DNA of 62,935 bases, filler included, from a bacterium (GTDB lineage: Bacteria > JALSQH01): assembly GCA_027004335.1 (NCBI GenBank). It is 11 parts of 11 records of this genome, joined end to end, with 100 filler letters (N's around TTAATTAATTAA, not from the genome) between each part and the next. Parts side by side here need not be neighbours in the genome. Positions count along the whole stretch, not along the records: positions 29,846 to 34,617 come from JALTID010000044.1; positions 34,718 to 39,487 come from JALTID010000045.1; positions 39,588 to 53,313 come from JALTID010000046.1; 8 more parts are not named here. One strand, written 5' to 3'. The notes beneath the pieces are model-generated. The model saw only the letters and a list, made by a program, of their open reading frames with translations, was not told where the DNA came from and searched no databases. Of the stretch, positions 31,441 to 42,053 are shown piece after piece; position 1 is the first letter of the stretch; each line of letters begins with the position of its first letter. The translations under genes were made by a program, and so were the position numbers.

Positions 31441-33009
31441 GTGAAAAACAAGGAAGAAGAGAATCGTATTGTTTTTGACAGAAGTAAAAAATACAGGGCT
31501 GGGCTTTTCTTCCCCAATCACTACTCCGTTGCGATTGCCAATCTTGGTTTTCACTGGGCGTACAGGGAGATAAATTCTCATCCCCTCTTCTGGGGAGAAA
31601 GATTTACTATTGAATCTCACAGGTCTCTGGAAAGTGGTATTAATCTGAAAGATTGCGATATTATTTTCCTTTCTGTTTCTTTTGAAAATGATCTTTTAAA
31701 TTTTTTAAAATTTTTTCAGGAAGAGGAGATCCCTTTATTTTCCAGAGAAAGAGAAGATTTTCCTCCTGTCATACTGGGTGGTGCCATCACCTTTTTTAAT
31801 CCTTATCCCTTTTTGCCTTTTGTAGATGCGATAGTGCCCGGTGAAGGGGAGGAAAAACTTCTCCATCTTCTTGACATATTTGCTGCTGTAGGTGGTATAA
31901 GAGATGAATTTCTGGATAGCCTGCTCAAAGAGGATTGGATTATCTCGACAGGTAAAAAAGAGGCGGAAAGGGTACCCATTCCGTCCTTTGACGAAGCAGC
32001 TGGTGCGTGGTCTGTTTTTTTCTCGGATAAAGGAGAATTTGGCAGGAGTTTTTTGATTGAGATCCAGCGGGGATGTACCCATCTTTGTAGATTTTGTGGG
32101 GCAGGTTTTGCATACTTACCTCCACGGCCATTGGCGGTTGAAAATATTCTGGAAAGGGTGGAAGAGTGGGGTAGTGGGATAAAGAAGATAGGTTTAATTT
32201 CCCCCTCACCATCTGATCATCCGCAGTTTATAAAGATTATAAAAGGGCTTATTAAGAGGGGTAAAAAAGTGACTTTTTCTTCTATAAGGGCAGATTACGA
32301 GGAAGATGATTTTTTCAACCTGCTTTCTGAAGCCGGCACCAGAACTCTTACTCTTGCGCCTGAAACAGGGTCAGAAGAGGAGAGGAAAAAGCTCAATAAG
32401 TTTATAACCGATGAGCAGTTTATTTTTTTTATAAATAGAGCTTCTGGAGCCGGAATAAAAAGATTTAAACTCTATTTTATCATTGGAAGAGAAGAAGGTC
32501 TCTACGAGGAGGAAAATATTCTCGCTTTTCTTTCGCTTCTTAAAAGAAGAACCAGAGGAATATTTCTCAGTGCCTCTTTCAGCATCTTTGTACCAAAACC
32601 CTTTACTCCTTTCCAGTGGAAAAGAATGCTTCCAATGGAAATGACCCTCTCCAAGATTTCTTTTCTAAAAAGGAATGAACAAAAGGTGAGAGTTAAATTT
32701 TTCTTTGAGAATATTTATGATGCATTCATAGAGGGTTTCATTGCGAGGAGTGACGAAGATATCGTAGAGAAGGTATTTAGAGATAGGCTCTTTTTTTCCC
32801 CAGGGAAATTTTACAAAAAAAATAAAAAAATAATTGATGAACTGATTCTTGGTAGTTATCCAAGAGATCATTTCTTCCCATGGGAGAGGATATCTTTTCC
32901 TCTCAGGAAAAGCTTTTTATGGAGTGAATTAAGGCTGTCTGAAAAAGAAAAAGTTTCCTCCCCCTGTGTTGTGGGAAAATGCAGAAGATGTGGAATATGT
33001 GGGAATTAG
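31441..33009 (+). CDS. Radical SAM protein with B12-binding-like N-terminal domain
   Basis: FPNHYSVAIANLGF, EIQRGCTHLCRFC, TLAPETG, FVPKPFTPFQW and C-terminal CVVGKCRRCGIC. Confidence 0.88.
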   Translation: MKNKEEENRIVFDRSKKYRAGLFFPNHYSVAIANLGFHWAYREINSHPLFWGERFTIESHRSLESGINLKDCDIIFLSVSFENDLLNFLKFFQEEEIPLFSREREDFPPVILGGAITFFNPYPFLPFVDAIVPGEGEEKLLHLLDIFAAVGGIRDEFLDSLLKEDWIISTGKKEAERVPIPSFDEAAGAWSVFFSDKGEFGRSFLIEIQRGCTHLCRFCGAGFAYLPPRPLAVENILERVEEWGSGIKKIGLISPSPSDHPQFIKIIKGLIKRGKKVTFSSIRADYEEDDFFNLLSEAGTRTLTLAPETGSEEERKKLNKFITDEQFIFFINRASGAGIKRFKLYFIIGREEGLYEEENILAFLSLLKRRTRGIFLSASFSIFVPKPFTPFQWKRMLPMEMTLSKISFLKRNEQKVRVKFFFENIYDAFIEGFIARSDEDIVEKVFRDRLFFSPGKFYKKNKKIIDELILGSYPRDHFFPWERISFPLRKSFLWSELRLSEKEKVSSPCVVGKCRRCGICGN

Positions 33010-34617
33010 TCCTCAAAAAGATGATTTTCCAGTAGAAGATAGCTGAGTACCTCGTCAATTTTAAGTAATATATTAAGATCCGGATCTCCCGTTTTTTCAA
33101 AAACAGATCTCTGGTCATATTTAATATACCCTTCCGGGGTAACCAATGTATAAATGTAGCCGTTGAGATTAATTGCAAATTCCCTCCGATCCGAGGTAAG
33201 GAGAGAGTTTGACACTGTTGTAAATTTGTTTTTTGCACCCATTAATTGAAGAATGGTCGGGAAAATATCCACCTGTGACCCTACTGTATTTATTTTCTGA
33301 TGATGGATAATCTCTGGAGCATAAATTGTTAAAGGGATTCTCATAAATTCAAGCTGCCTATCCTGGATATTGTATCCCATTTTTATCAATGGCTTGTCAG
33401 GGAGAAGGAAAGCATGATCAGCAAGAAAGAAGAAGATAGTGTTTTTAAACCACGAATATTTCCGGGCCTCTTCCATAAAATCCCCAATTGCCCAGTCTGC
33501 GTAGTAAAGGGTGTTAAGATAGCCTGTTACCCCATTTTCATCATGGGGATATTTCTCCCACCTTTTTCCGGGGCTCTTGTAGGGGCTGTGAGTTGCCGAA
33601 GTGAACATAAAAACAAGAAATGGTTCCTTAACATTTCTTAGCCTATCCAGCAATAGAATGTACATATTTCTGTCCCATGTTCCAAATACCGGATGTCCTT
33701 CTTCGGGACCATGAAATCCCATATCTTCCGCTCCATAGTATTCAATGAAGCCAGCCTCTTTTGTTATCTTGTCTATGCGGAAAGATTTCCTCAGGGATGA
33801 TTGCATGGCGATGGTGTGGTAACCATTTTCTCTGGCTATTCTTCCAAGATAAGAGAGCCGGGATTCCTCAAGACCAAAGCCAAGAGTATTAAATCCAAAG
33901 GGCTTAATAATACCTGTTAGAACTGCAGTTATCCCGTTTAAGCTTTTTACTCCGTTGGCGAAAAAGTTTGTGAACATTAGACCCATGGATGAAATGTTAT
34001 CAAAATTTGGTGTTACCTGGAATTTGCTTCCCACTCCTTCATTAAAGCTATCTATATGTTTGGCATTGAAACTCTCTATGAGAAAGATAATGATGTTGTA
34101 GCTGGATGGTTCTATTATGGGGTTATCAAAGGAGACGAATTTTCTCTCCAGAGGAAATTCCCTTGAGATGAAAATGGCTTGTGGTGTTTTAATAACTTCC
34201 TTTACAAATTCCAAATCTTCATTATTCTGCTTGAACTCCCTTATTTTCTCAACTTCTCCAAAGAATGTTGACCTATAAAAAGTAAACACACCATTGAGAG
34301 ATAGATTACCGGTTGAGGCTTTGTCATTAAAAAAGGCATCAGCGATCTGGAAACTCTTTTTACCCAACTTCCCTCTTGCACCAATGACTATGAAAGCAAG
34401 TGCTATCAATGTATAAACGATCCCTTCAACAGGTGTAAAAGGTGTTTTAACAGAATGGGAGAATATTCTGTAAAGAAAGACAAAATATACCCCCAATGCC
34501 GCAAAAGTCAGGAGAGTATAAGGTAGAAATCTCCCAAACATCTCGTCCTTGATGATATAACCGAGATCATTCTGTAAATCAAGGTCTTCTTTTGTTATGT
34601 GCCTGTTCACAAATTTG
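33006..34617 (-). CDS. LTA synthase/phosphoglycerol transferase-family sulfatase, 5'-truncated
   Basis: TM helices, NIIIFLIES, TPNFD, THSPY, YADWAIGDF, ADH, GSQVDIFPT motifs. Confidence 0.85.
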
Positions 34618-34717
34618 NNNNNNNNNNNNNNNNNNNNNNNNNNNNNNNNNNNNNNNNNNNNTTAATTAATTAANNNNNNNNNNNNNNNNNNNNNNNNNNN
34701 NNNNNNNNNNNNNNNNN
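34618..34717. other. Artificial contig linker
   Basis: N44-TTAATTAATTAA-N44. Confidence 0.99.
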
Positions 34718-35014
34718 TAGAGGAACATACTTGCTTGAATCCACATCTACATTTTTGATTATCATAGAAATGGGAGTACCTGTTGTTTTATCTTCAAATA
34801 TTCCTGAAACTATTTCTACTTTATCCCTTTCCTGTCGAGGAGAGACAACAGAACTTGTACCGGGTCTTCTCCTGTTAAGTTCTACCTGAATATCTTCTTC
34901 CGAGAGTGGAATTCCGGGGGGACAGCCATCAACTACAACTCCCAACGCTTTTCCATGAGACTCCCCCCATGTGGTAACTCTAAAAATTTTGCCAAAACTA
35001 TTTCCAGCCATCAT
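34718..35014 (-). CDS. aroC: Chorismate synthase, N-terminal fragment
   Basis: [30 protein letters not shown] motifs. Confidence 0.95.
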
Positions 35015-35796
35015 TTAAACCTGTGTTTATTGTATATTATACTTTCAAGCATCTTTATTTTTTTATCTATTAAGGGAGAATGTTTAGGTTGGTTTCTCAG
35101 TTTGTACAGGAGGATAAGGGCCTCTCTGAAGTTTTCTTTCCTTGTATAGAGGTTTGAGAGATTTATTGTTGCTTCACTTTTAAATTTATCAGGTGCCCTT
35201 TCTATCACATTTTTTAATATTTTTTCTGCTTCTCCATCTTCTCCTTCTTCTTCCATAACCTGAACCTTAAGGAGAGTTATTTCCCAGAAGTTTCTGCTGT
35301 TTTTAAAATCTGTTAAGAACTTGTTTATATAGGACAGCGTATCTTCATAATCTTCAGTAAAATAATGAGAGTAAATTAGCATATGGAGAGTATTTTCTTT
35401 TATGCTCCTGGGGGCCGGATAATTGAGGATCCTTCTTAAGAAAGGGATCGTTCTTTCATATTCTCCTTTTTCAAAATGGTATTCTGCAATTTCATATGAG
35501 GCTAACGCTGCTTCTGTGGCTTGTGGAAAATATTTTGTTACTCTGAGAAGAACTTCAATACCTGTTTTTTCCTGAGAAAGATTGTAGAGAAATATATCCC
35601 CCATAAGCTTCATTGCTTTTGGAGTGAAAGAAGACCGAGGGTATTTTAAAATTATTTTTTTGAGATACCTGATGGAGTCTGGATAATCTTTGTTTGAGTA
35701 GCTTGAAAGAGCAAGATTGTAAAGTTCGTTGGGGTTACGGCTACAGCTGGATAAAAAACTAATTGTCAAGAAGAGAAAGATTATTATCTTTTTCAT
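35011..35796 (-). CDS. TPR-repeat lipoprotein (BamD/CpoB-like)
   Basis: Start MKKII, lipobox FLSS-C, repeated TPR helices (KYPRS, KYFPQ). Confidence 0.75.
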   Translation of the reverse strand: MKKIIIFLFLTISFLSSCSRNPNELYNLALSSYSNKDYPDSIRYLKKIILKYPRSSFTPKAMKLMGDIFLYNLSQEKTGIEVLLRVTKYFPQATEAALASYEIAEYHFEKGEYERTIPFLRRILNYPAPRSIKENTLHMLIYSHYFTEDYEDTLSYINKFLTDFKNSRNFWEITLLKVQVMEEEGEDGEAEKILKNVIERAPDKFKSEATINLSNLYTRKENFREALILLYKLRNQPKHSPLIDKKIKMLESIIYNKHRFK

Positions 35797-38206
35797 TATT
35801 AACAACTTTTGCCACCGCTGTTACTTTATTAGTGACTGAAGTTTTTATTAGCCTGGCACCTCGTGTATTTCTCCCTCGTACAGGTACAGATTTAACCTTG
35901 AGTCTTATTATACTTCCAGCCTCGGTTATAACCATAATCTCATCTTTTGGGCTCACCTGAAGGTAGCCTACTACTGTACTTCCCTGGGTTAATTTCATAG
36001 CAATAATTCCCATTCCACCTCTTCTCTGGATTCTGAAGCCTCTGGTTTTTGTTCTTTTCCCATATCCGTTATCTGATACGCTCAAAATGGTTGCATCCTC
36101 CTTCAGTATTACCATATTTATTACTTTATCACTTCTTCTCAATGTGATACCTTTCACCCCGCGGGCTTCTCTACCCATCTCGCGAACTTCTGATGAAGAA
36201 AAACTTATGGAATAACCTCTTCTTGTACCGATAAAGATGTTTTCATCTTTCCTAAGAAGCTTCACAGCGATAAGGTCGTCACCTTCTTCAAGAGTAATAG
36301 CTCTTATTCCCCTTCTCATCGGTCTGGAAAAAGCCTGAAGAGCCGCTTTTTTTACATATCCATTGGAAGTTGTAAAAAAAAGATGTTCACCTGCGTTAAA
36401 GTTTTTTATTGGAAGTACAGTTGCTACTTTTTCATCATCGTCAAGAGAAAGCAGATTCACAATTGCCTTTCCCTGGGCTGTTCTGCTTCCTTCAGGTATT
36501 TCATAGACTTTTTTCCAGTGAACTTTTCCCTTGCTCGTAAAGATCAGTAGATAATCAAGAGCATTTGCGGTAAAAAGATGTGTTACATAATCTCCATCTT
36601 TTTGACCTGATGCTCTTATGCCTTTTCCACCTCTGTTAGAATATGTTCTGAACTGATTAAGTTTTGTTCTCTTAATATACCCTTTGTTGGTTATAGTTAT
36701 AACCATTGGCTCATTCTGGATAGTGTCCTCAAGATTGATCTCTTTTATTTCTTCGCTTATCTCGGTTTTTCTCTCATCTCCGTATCTTTTCTTTATTTCT
36801 TCTAACTCTTCAATCATTATTTTTCTTACTTCTTCTTCATGGTCAAGAACATATCTCAGCCTCTCTATCAGTTTCAGTGTTTCTTTATAATCGTTGATTA
36901 TCTTGTCTCTTTCTAAATTTGTTAGTCTCTGAAGTTTCATATCAAGGATGGCCTGTGCCTGTCTCTCAGAAAGAGAAAACCTCTTTATCAGTCTTACTTT
37001 TGCCTCTGTGGGGTTTGGAGAGGCCTTTATCAGAGTAATAACCTCATCAATATTTTCCACGGCAATTTTAAGGCCTTCCAGAATATGAGCTTTTTCTTCT
37101 GCTTTTGCTAAATCATACTGGGTTCTTCTTATTATTACTTCTTTTCTATGTTCGGCAAAGTAACGGAGGATCTCTTTTAAATTTAAAAGGTGAGGCTTAC
37201 CATATACAATTGCTGTAAGGTTTATATTATAAGGTTTTTCAAGATCAGTTTCTTTGAATAACCTGTTGAGAACTACTTCATGATTTACACCTTTTTTCAA
37301 TCCAATAACTACTCTTATCCCTTCCCTGTTGGACTCATCCCTTAAATCAGAAATCCCTTCAAGTCTTTTTTCCTGAACAAGATTTGCTATGTGTTCCAGG
37401 ACTCGTGCTTTGTTTACCTGAAAAGGGATCTCTGTTATTACAATAGCTATTTTTTCTCCTTTTTTTTTCTCTACTCTAACTTTTGCCCTTATCTTTAATT
37501 GTCCTTTCCCTGTGGTATATGCATCGTAAATACCTTTTGTACCATTTATTATGCCTGAGGTGGGAAAATCAGGGCCTCTTATATACTTCATTAGCTCTTC
37601 TATGCTTACCTCGGGATTCTTTATGTAGGCAATAGTACCATCCACTACCTCGCTGAGGTTGTGAGGTGGAATGTTTGATGACATTCCAACAGCAATCCCT
37701 GTGGTTCCATTTAAAAGGAGATTGGGAAGCCGGGATGGTAATACCACAGGTTCCTCCAGAGATCCATCATAGTTCGGCATAAAGTCAACGGTGTTTTTCT
37801 CAATGTCAGCCATCAGTTCTTCTGCGATCTTTGCCATCCTTACTTCTGTGTATCTCATTGCAGCAGGAGAATCACCATCCACCGAACCAAAGTTTCCCTG
37901 CCCCTGCACCAGCGTGTATCTCATTGTGAAATCCTGAGCCATTCTTACAAGAGCATCGTAAACAGCAGTGTCACCATGGGGGTGATATTTACCTATTACA
38001 TCCCCAACGACCCTTGCTGATTTTTTAAAGGGCTTACCACTTGTGTTTCCCATCTCATACATTGAGTAGAGGATCCTTCTCTGAACAGGTTTCAACCCAT
38101 CACGGACATCGGGTAGAGCTCTTCCTATGATCACGCTCATGGCGTAATCAAGGTAAGATTGTTCCATTTCCTCGGTAATGTCAATCCTGAGAATTTCTCC
38201 CGGCAA
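35759..38206 (-). CDS. gyrA: DNA gyrase subunit A
   Basis: [32 protein letters not shown], GyrA-box-like NRGGKG and beta-pinwheel repeats; TTG start. Confidence 0.97.
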   Translation of the reverse strand: MPGEILRIDITEEMEQSYLDYAMSVIIGRALPDVRDGLKPVQRRILYSMYEMGNTSGKPFKKSARVVGDVIGKYHPHGDTAVYDALVRMAQDFTMRYTLVQGQGNFGSVDGDSPAAMRYTEVRMAKIAEELMADIEKNTVDFMPNYDGSLEEPVVLPSRLPNLLLNGTTGIAVGMSSNIPPHNLSEVVDGTIAYIKNPEVSIEELMKYIRGPDFPTSGIINGTKGIYDAYTTGKGQLKIRAKVRVEKKKGEKIAIVITEIPFQVNKARVLEHIANLVQEKRLEGISDLRDESNREGIRVVIGLKKGVNHEVVLNRLFKETDLEKPYNINLTAIVYGKPHLLNLKEILRYFAEHRKEVIIRRTQYDLAKAEEKAHILEGLKIAVENIDEVITLIKASPNPTEAKVRLIKRFSLSERQAQAILDMKLQRLTNLERDKIINDYKETLKLIERLRYVLDHEEEVRKIMIEELEEIKKRYGDERKTEISEEIKEINLEDTIQNEPMVITITNKGYIKRTKLNQFRTYSNRGGKGIRASGQKDGDYVTHLFTANALDYLLIFTSKGKVHWKKVYEIPEGSRTAQGKAIVNLLSLDDDEKVATVLPIKNFNAGEHLFFTTSNGYVKKAALQAFSRPMRRGIRAITLEEGDDLIAVKLLRKDENIFIGTRRGYSISFSSSEVREMGREARGVKGITLRRSDKVINMVILKEDATILSVSDNGYGKRTKTRGFRIQRRGGMGIIAMKLTQGSTVVGYLQVSPKDEIMVITEAGSIIRLKVKSVPVRGRNTRGARLIKTSVTNKVTAVAKVVNNEKDNNLSLLDN

Positions 38207-38208
38207 TT

Positions 38209-38622
38209 TTATCCTCCCTCAAATGAAGTTTCTTTGCTGGTTCTGAACACGGTACCTGTAAAAAGTGCGATGTTTGTATTTTTATCGTCATAAACCTTTA
38301 TCTGGTAAGTAGCCAGTCTGTTCCCCAGATTTATCTCCTCTGTTTCTGCATAAACAATTTTACCTGTTGGTGGTTTGAAATATGTGATTGAGGCATTTAT
38401 ACTTACGGCTGCTCTTCCCCTTGAATTAGATGCTACTGCGAAAGCAAAATCTGCTAAAGTGAATATGGCCCCCCCATGGAGAATATCAAGGGCATTGAGG
38501 TGAATATCTTCTATTTCCATCCTTACTTTGCAGTACCCTTCTTTTACATCAACGATTTCAATTTTTGAGAATCGTGCGTATCGATCATTGAAGAAATATT
38601 CTTTTACTTTTTCAGGATCCAA
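38209..38622 (-). CDS. PaaI-family hotdog thioesterase
   Basis: HLN...[18 protein letters not shown] motif. Confidence 0.9.
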   Translation of the reverse strand: MDPEKVKEYFFNDRYARFSKIEIVDVKEGYCKVRMEIEDIHLNALDILHGGAIFTLADFAFAVASNSRGRAAVSINASITYFKPPTGKIVYAETEEINLGNRLATYQIKVYDDKNTNIALFTGTVFRTSKETSFEGG

Positions 38623-38766
38623 CTTTTACTCCTCTGAATAGTTAAACTATTTTACCACACTGTGGTTATTCAGTAAATAGTTGATTCCCTTATTTCTCCT
38701 TTAAAATATTAGATGTAATCATCTTATTATGATAAAATCTAAATGTAATCTTAGTGAGAGGATCTT

Positions 38767-39487
38767 ATGAGTTTAACAGGTGGGGAGTGGATTTTAACAA
38801 ATGGGGTAGGGGGATATGCCCTTGGGACCTCTTTTATGATAAATGAGAGAAAGTACCATTCCCTTCTGGTAGCGGGTAAGAGGGGAAGGAGAATAAATAT
38901 TCTTCCCACTGTGGAGGAAAAAGTAGTTTCAACAGGAGGCGAAATTTATCTTGATTCTAACCACTACCCTGGTACCGTCTATCCTGAAGGTTACATTTTT
39001 CTTCTGAAAAGCTGGCTGAGACCCTATCCCTCTTTTGCATATAAAGTGGGCGAAGAAGTTTATCTTCTAAAAAAAATAATGATGGTAGAAGGGGAAAATA
39101 TAACAGTTGTTGTTTATAAAAATTTATCTTCTGAGAAACTGAGACTTGAGATCAGACCAAAATTTGCATTAAGGGATCATCACTGGGTCAATACACCAGG
39201 AATATGGGATGTCTTAGAAGTTGAAATAATTAAAGGAGAAGATCTTACAGGTGTTAGGAAAAATTCAGGAGAAGAGGGTTTTGTTTATTTTAAAAATGCT
39301 GTTTTTGTAGAGGAGCACATTATTTATAGAAAAGTTACTTATCCCCTTGAGGCTGCGAGAGGTTATGAAGCTTCAGAAGATCTTTTCGCTCCGGGGAAAA
39401 TTATTTTTGATCTTCCTCCTGATGGAGAGATGTTCTTTCTTGTTTCTTCCGAATATCTTAGTGGAGAACTTTCTGATTATCTTATTC
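38767..39487 (+). CDS. Glycogen debranching enzyme (amylo-alpha-1,6-glucosidase), N-terminal domain, 3'-truncated
   Basis: EWILTNGVGGYA, RKYHSLLVA, RDHH, YPLEAARG...EDLFAPG motifs. Confidence 0.88.
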
Positions 39488-39587
39488 NNNNNNNNNNNNN
39501 NNNNNNNNNNNNNNNNNNNNNNNNNNNNNNNTTAATTAATTAANNNNNNNNNNNNNNNNNNNNNNNNNNNNNNNNNNNNNNNNNNNN
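39488..39587. other. Artificial contig linker
   Basis: N44-TTAATTAATTAA-N44. Confidence 0.99.
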
Positions 39588-39588
39588 G

Positions 39589-40113
39589 TATTACAACAAG
39601 CCTGAGGCGACAAAAGAGGCAATAGGTGAAGATGGTTGGTTTCATTCTGGTGATATTGGACAGGTAGATGAGGAAGGATATTTTTTTATAACTGACAGAA
39701 AAAAAGATATAATTGTCACCGCAGGAGGGAAAAATATTGCCCCGCAACCAATTGAGAATAAATTAAAACTCAACAGATTTATTGAACAGGTAGTGGTTAT
39801 AGGTGATAGAAGACCTTACTGTGTTGCTCTTATACAACCCAATTTTGAGGAGTTGGAGGCCCATGCAGCGGAAAATAATATTCGGTACAGCGATTTTAAG
39901 GAACTCCTTCAGCGGGAGGATGTCAAGAAAATTTTTCAGAATGCGGTGGATGAAGTAAATAAGGATCTCCCTAGATACTCTACGATCAAAAAATTTGAAC
40001 TTATCAGTGAGGAATTGACTCCTGAGAGTGGTGAGTTAACGCCCACTCTTAAAGTTAAGAGATGGAAAGTGGAGGATAAGTACAGAGATCTTGTGGAGAA
40101 AATGTATAGTTAG
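39589..40113 (+). CDS. Long-chain fatty acid--CoA ligase, C-terminal fragment
   Basis: YYNKPEAT, GWFHSGDIG, ITDRKKDIIVTAGGKNIAPQPIE, LTPTLKVKR motifs. Confidence 0.92.
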   Translation, partial: YYNKPEATKEAIGEDGWFHSGDIGQVDEEGYFFITDRKKDIIVTAGGKNIAPQPIENKLKLNRFIEQVVVIGDRRPYCVALIQPNFEELEAHAAENNIRYSDFKELLQREDVKKIFQNAVDEVNKDLPRYSTIKKFELISEELTPESGELTPTLKVKRWKVEDKYRDLVEKMYS

Positions 40114-40131
40114 TGGTCAAGGAATTACTCT

Positions 40132-40168
40132 GCAGAGGCATGACCAGTCATGCCTCTGCTGGTTTTTT
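40132..40168 (+). terminator. Rho-independent terminator
   Basis: Perfect 12-bp stem GCAGAGGCATGA-CCAG-TCATGCCTCTGC followed by TGGTTTTTT. Confidence 0.75.
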
Positions 40169-40187
40169 ACCTCCCATTTTAAAATTA

Positions 40188-40196
40188 TGTTATAAT
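40188..40196 (+). promoter_or_regulatory. Extended -10 promoter for the heme cluster
   Basis: TGtTATAAT, 28 nt upstream of the ATG at 40225. Confidence 0.5.
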
Positions 40197-40224
40197 AAAT
40201 TCCAAAATGTCTGAGGCGTAAAGA

Positions 40225-41424
40225 ATGATTGATTTCAGCAGACTTGTAACCGGTAAGATTCAGCCCGGAGATGAATTGAGGTATAAGAGACATGGTAAGA
40301 CCCCTCATTATCTGATTCGTTATGAGAAAGATGCTAAGCCCATTGTAGTATGGAACATGACAAGAGTATGCAATCTCCACTGTATTCATTGTTACGCTGA
40401 TGCAAAAGATAAACCCCATCCCCTGGAACTCTCTACTGCTGAAGCAAAAAAAATGATTGATGATCTGGCTCAATTAGGAGTACCTGTTTTGCTCTTCTCC
40501 GGTGGTGAACCCTATATGAGGGAGGATCTCTTTGAACTGGGGAAATATGCTCAAGAGAAGGGCATAAGAACTGTGATCTCATCCAACGGGACTCTTATTG
40601 ACGAATCCCTTGCAAGGGGGACCAGGGAAGCTAAATTCAGTTATGTGGGAGTTAGTCTTGATGGAGGTAACCCAGAAGTTAATGACAAATTCAGAGGTCT
40701 GAAGGGTGCCTTTGAGATGGCCCTGAAGGGGATAAGACATCTGAAAGAACACCATGTTAAAGTTGGGCTTCGTTTTACCATAACTGCATACAATTATAAG
40801 ACGATCCCGGAACTTTTTAAGGTGATGGAGAGGGAAGGCATTAACAGGATCTGCTTCTACCATCTGGTTTATTCTGGTAGAGGCAAAAAGTTAACTAAAG
40901 CTGAGCTTTCCCCACAGGAAACAAGAAAGATAATAGATATGATAATTGAAAAGGTTGAGGAAATTGATAAGAAGGGGAATTTGATTGAGGTTCTTACTGT
41001 GGATAACCATGCCGATGGCCCCTACCTCTACTTGAGGATGCTGGAAAAAGATCCTGAAAAAGCTGAGAAAATCTATGAATTACTGAGGCTAAATGGAGGA
41101 AATGGAAGTGGGACCAGAATTGCCAATATTGACTGGCTGGGAAATGTCCACCCCGATCAATTCTGGTGGGATCATACTCTGGGAAATGTTAGGGAGAGGC
41201 CTTTTAGTGAAATCTGGTATGATGAGAACAACGAGTTTCTTATGAAATTAAAGGATAAAAAGAGATGGGTGAAAGGCAGATGTGCCCGGTGTAGATTCCT
41301 GGATATTTGTGGTGGAAATTTCAGGGCAAGGGCAGAAGCAGTTACAGGAGATCCATGGGCTCCTGATCCAGCGTGCTATTTAACGGATGAAGAAATAGGT
41401 ATGGAAGAAGCGAAATCACAATGA
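40225..41424 (+). CDS. ahbC: Radical SAM/SPASM protein AhbC (NirJ1-type Fe-coproporphyrin synthase)
   Basis: PIVVWNMTRVCNLHCIHCY, ICFYHLVYSGRG, LTVDNHADG, VHPDQFW and SPASM cysteines; heads the heme operon. Confidence 0.85.
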   Translation: MIDFSRLVTGKIQPGDELRYKRHGKTPHYLIRYEKDAKPIVVWNMTRVCNLHCIHCYADAKDKPHPLELSTAEAKKMIDDLAQLGVPVLLFSGGEPYMREDLFELGKYAQEKGIRTVISSNGTLIDESLARGTREAKFSYVGVSLDGGNPEVNDKFRGLKGAFEMALKGIRHLKEHHVKVGLRFTITAYNYKTIPELFKVMEREGINRICFYHLVYSGRGKKLTKAELSPQETRKIIDMIIEKVEEIDKKGNLIEVLTVDNHADGPYLYLRMLEKDPEKAEKIYELLRLNGGNGSGTRIANIDWLGNVHPDQFWWDHTLGNVRERPFSEIWYDENNEFLMKLKDKKRWVKGRCARCRFLDICGGNFRARAEAVTGDPWAPDPACYLTDEEIGMEEAKSQ

Positions 41425-42053
41425 GTTTTTTCCCGATCTACCTCAATTTGAGAGGAAAAAAGGTAGTTGTAGTTGGTGGCGGCAAAGTTGCTGAACGAAA
41501 AGTATTTGATCTATTGCAGGCAGGAAGTGAGATTTATGTTATTTCTCCCTTTTTATCAGAAGGACTCTCCCTTCTCCTCAAAGAGGGACAGTTTCAATGG
41601 GTGGCAGATTCTTTTTCTGAGAATCTTGTTCCTTCTGATGCTTTTATAGTTATTGCTGCTACCGATGAGGAAGAGATTAATCAGAGGATTTATGATTTTG
41701 CGAGAGGTTGTGGAATTATGGTGAATGTTGTGGATCAACCGGAACTATGTGATTTTTATCTCCCATCAGTTGTGAAAAAAGGAGATATAACGATTGCCAT
41801 TTCAACAGGAGGAAAGGCTCCATCTTTCTCCAGAGCATTAAGGGAGAAATTAGAAAGAATGCTTCCCGATGATCTGGCAAGGGCTCTTGAATTTGTTTCT
41901 GATATAAGAGATAAGATGAAGGAAAAGGGTATTCCCGATAGGGGGAAAATTCTCCTTGGTTCTGCCAGGGAAATAGTTGAAAGACTCACAGGTGGTGAAT
42001 CATGGAGTGAGACTCGGGAAGAGGTTGAAGGGGAATTGAAGGATGAGGTATAG
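41421..42053 (+). CDS. Precorrin-2 dehydrogenase/sirohydrochlorin ferrochelatase (SirC/Met8/CysG N-terminal type)
   Basis: FPIYL, VVGGGKVAERK, AATD, VNVVD, CDFYLPS, AISTGGKAP motifs. Confidence 0.92.
   Translation: MSFFPIYLNLRGKKVVVVGGGKVAERKVFDLLQAGSEIYVISPFLSEGLSLLLKEGQFQWVADSFSENLVPSDAFIVIAATDEEEINQRIYDFARGCGIMVNVVDQPELCDFYLPSVVKKGDITIAISTGGKAPSFSRALREKLERMLPDDLARALEFVSDIRDKMKEKGIPDRGKILLGSAREIVERLTGGESWSETREEVEGELKDEV

Noticed and set aside
33006..34617. LTA-synthase-like gene in an LPS-producing organism
   Set aside because: This sulfatase-fold family is widespread in diderms and is not evidence of lipoteichoic acid.
38645..38760. Short palindrome ACCACACTGTGGT and an ATGTAATC direct repeat between paaI and the debranching enzyme gene
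   Set aside because: No convincing match to Fur, NrdR or Rex boxes, and too short to support in AT-rich DNA.
40207..40221. Tiny upstream ORF (MSEA*) before ahbC
   Set aside because: Four codons overlapping the SD region; likely chance.
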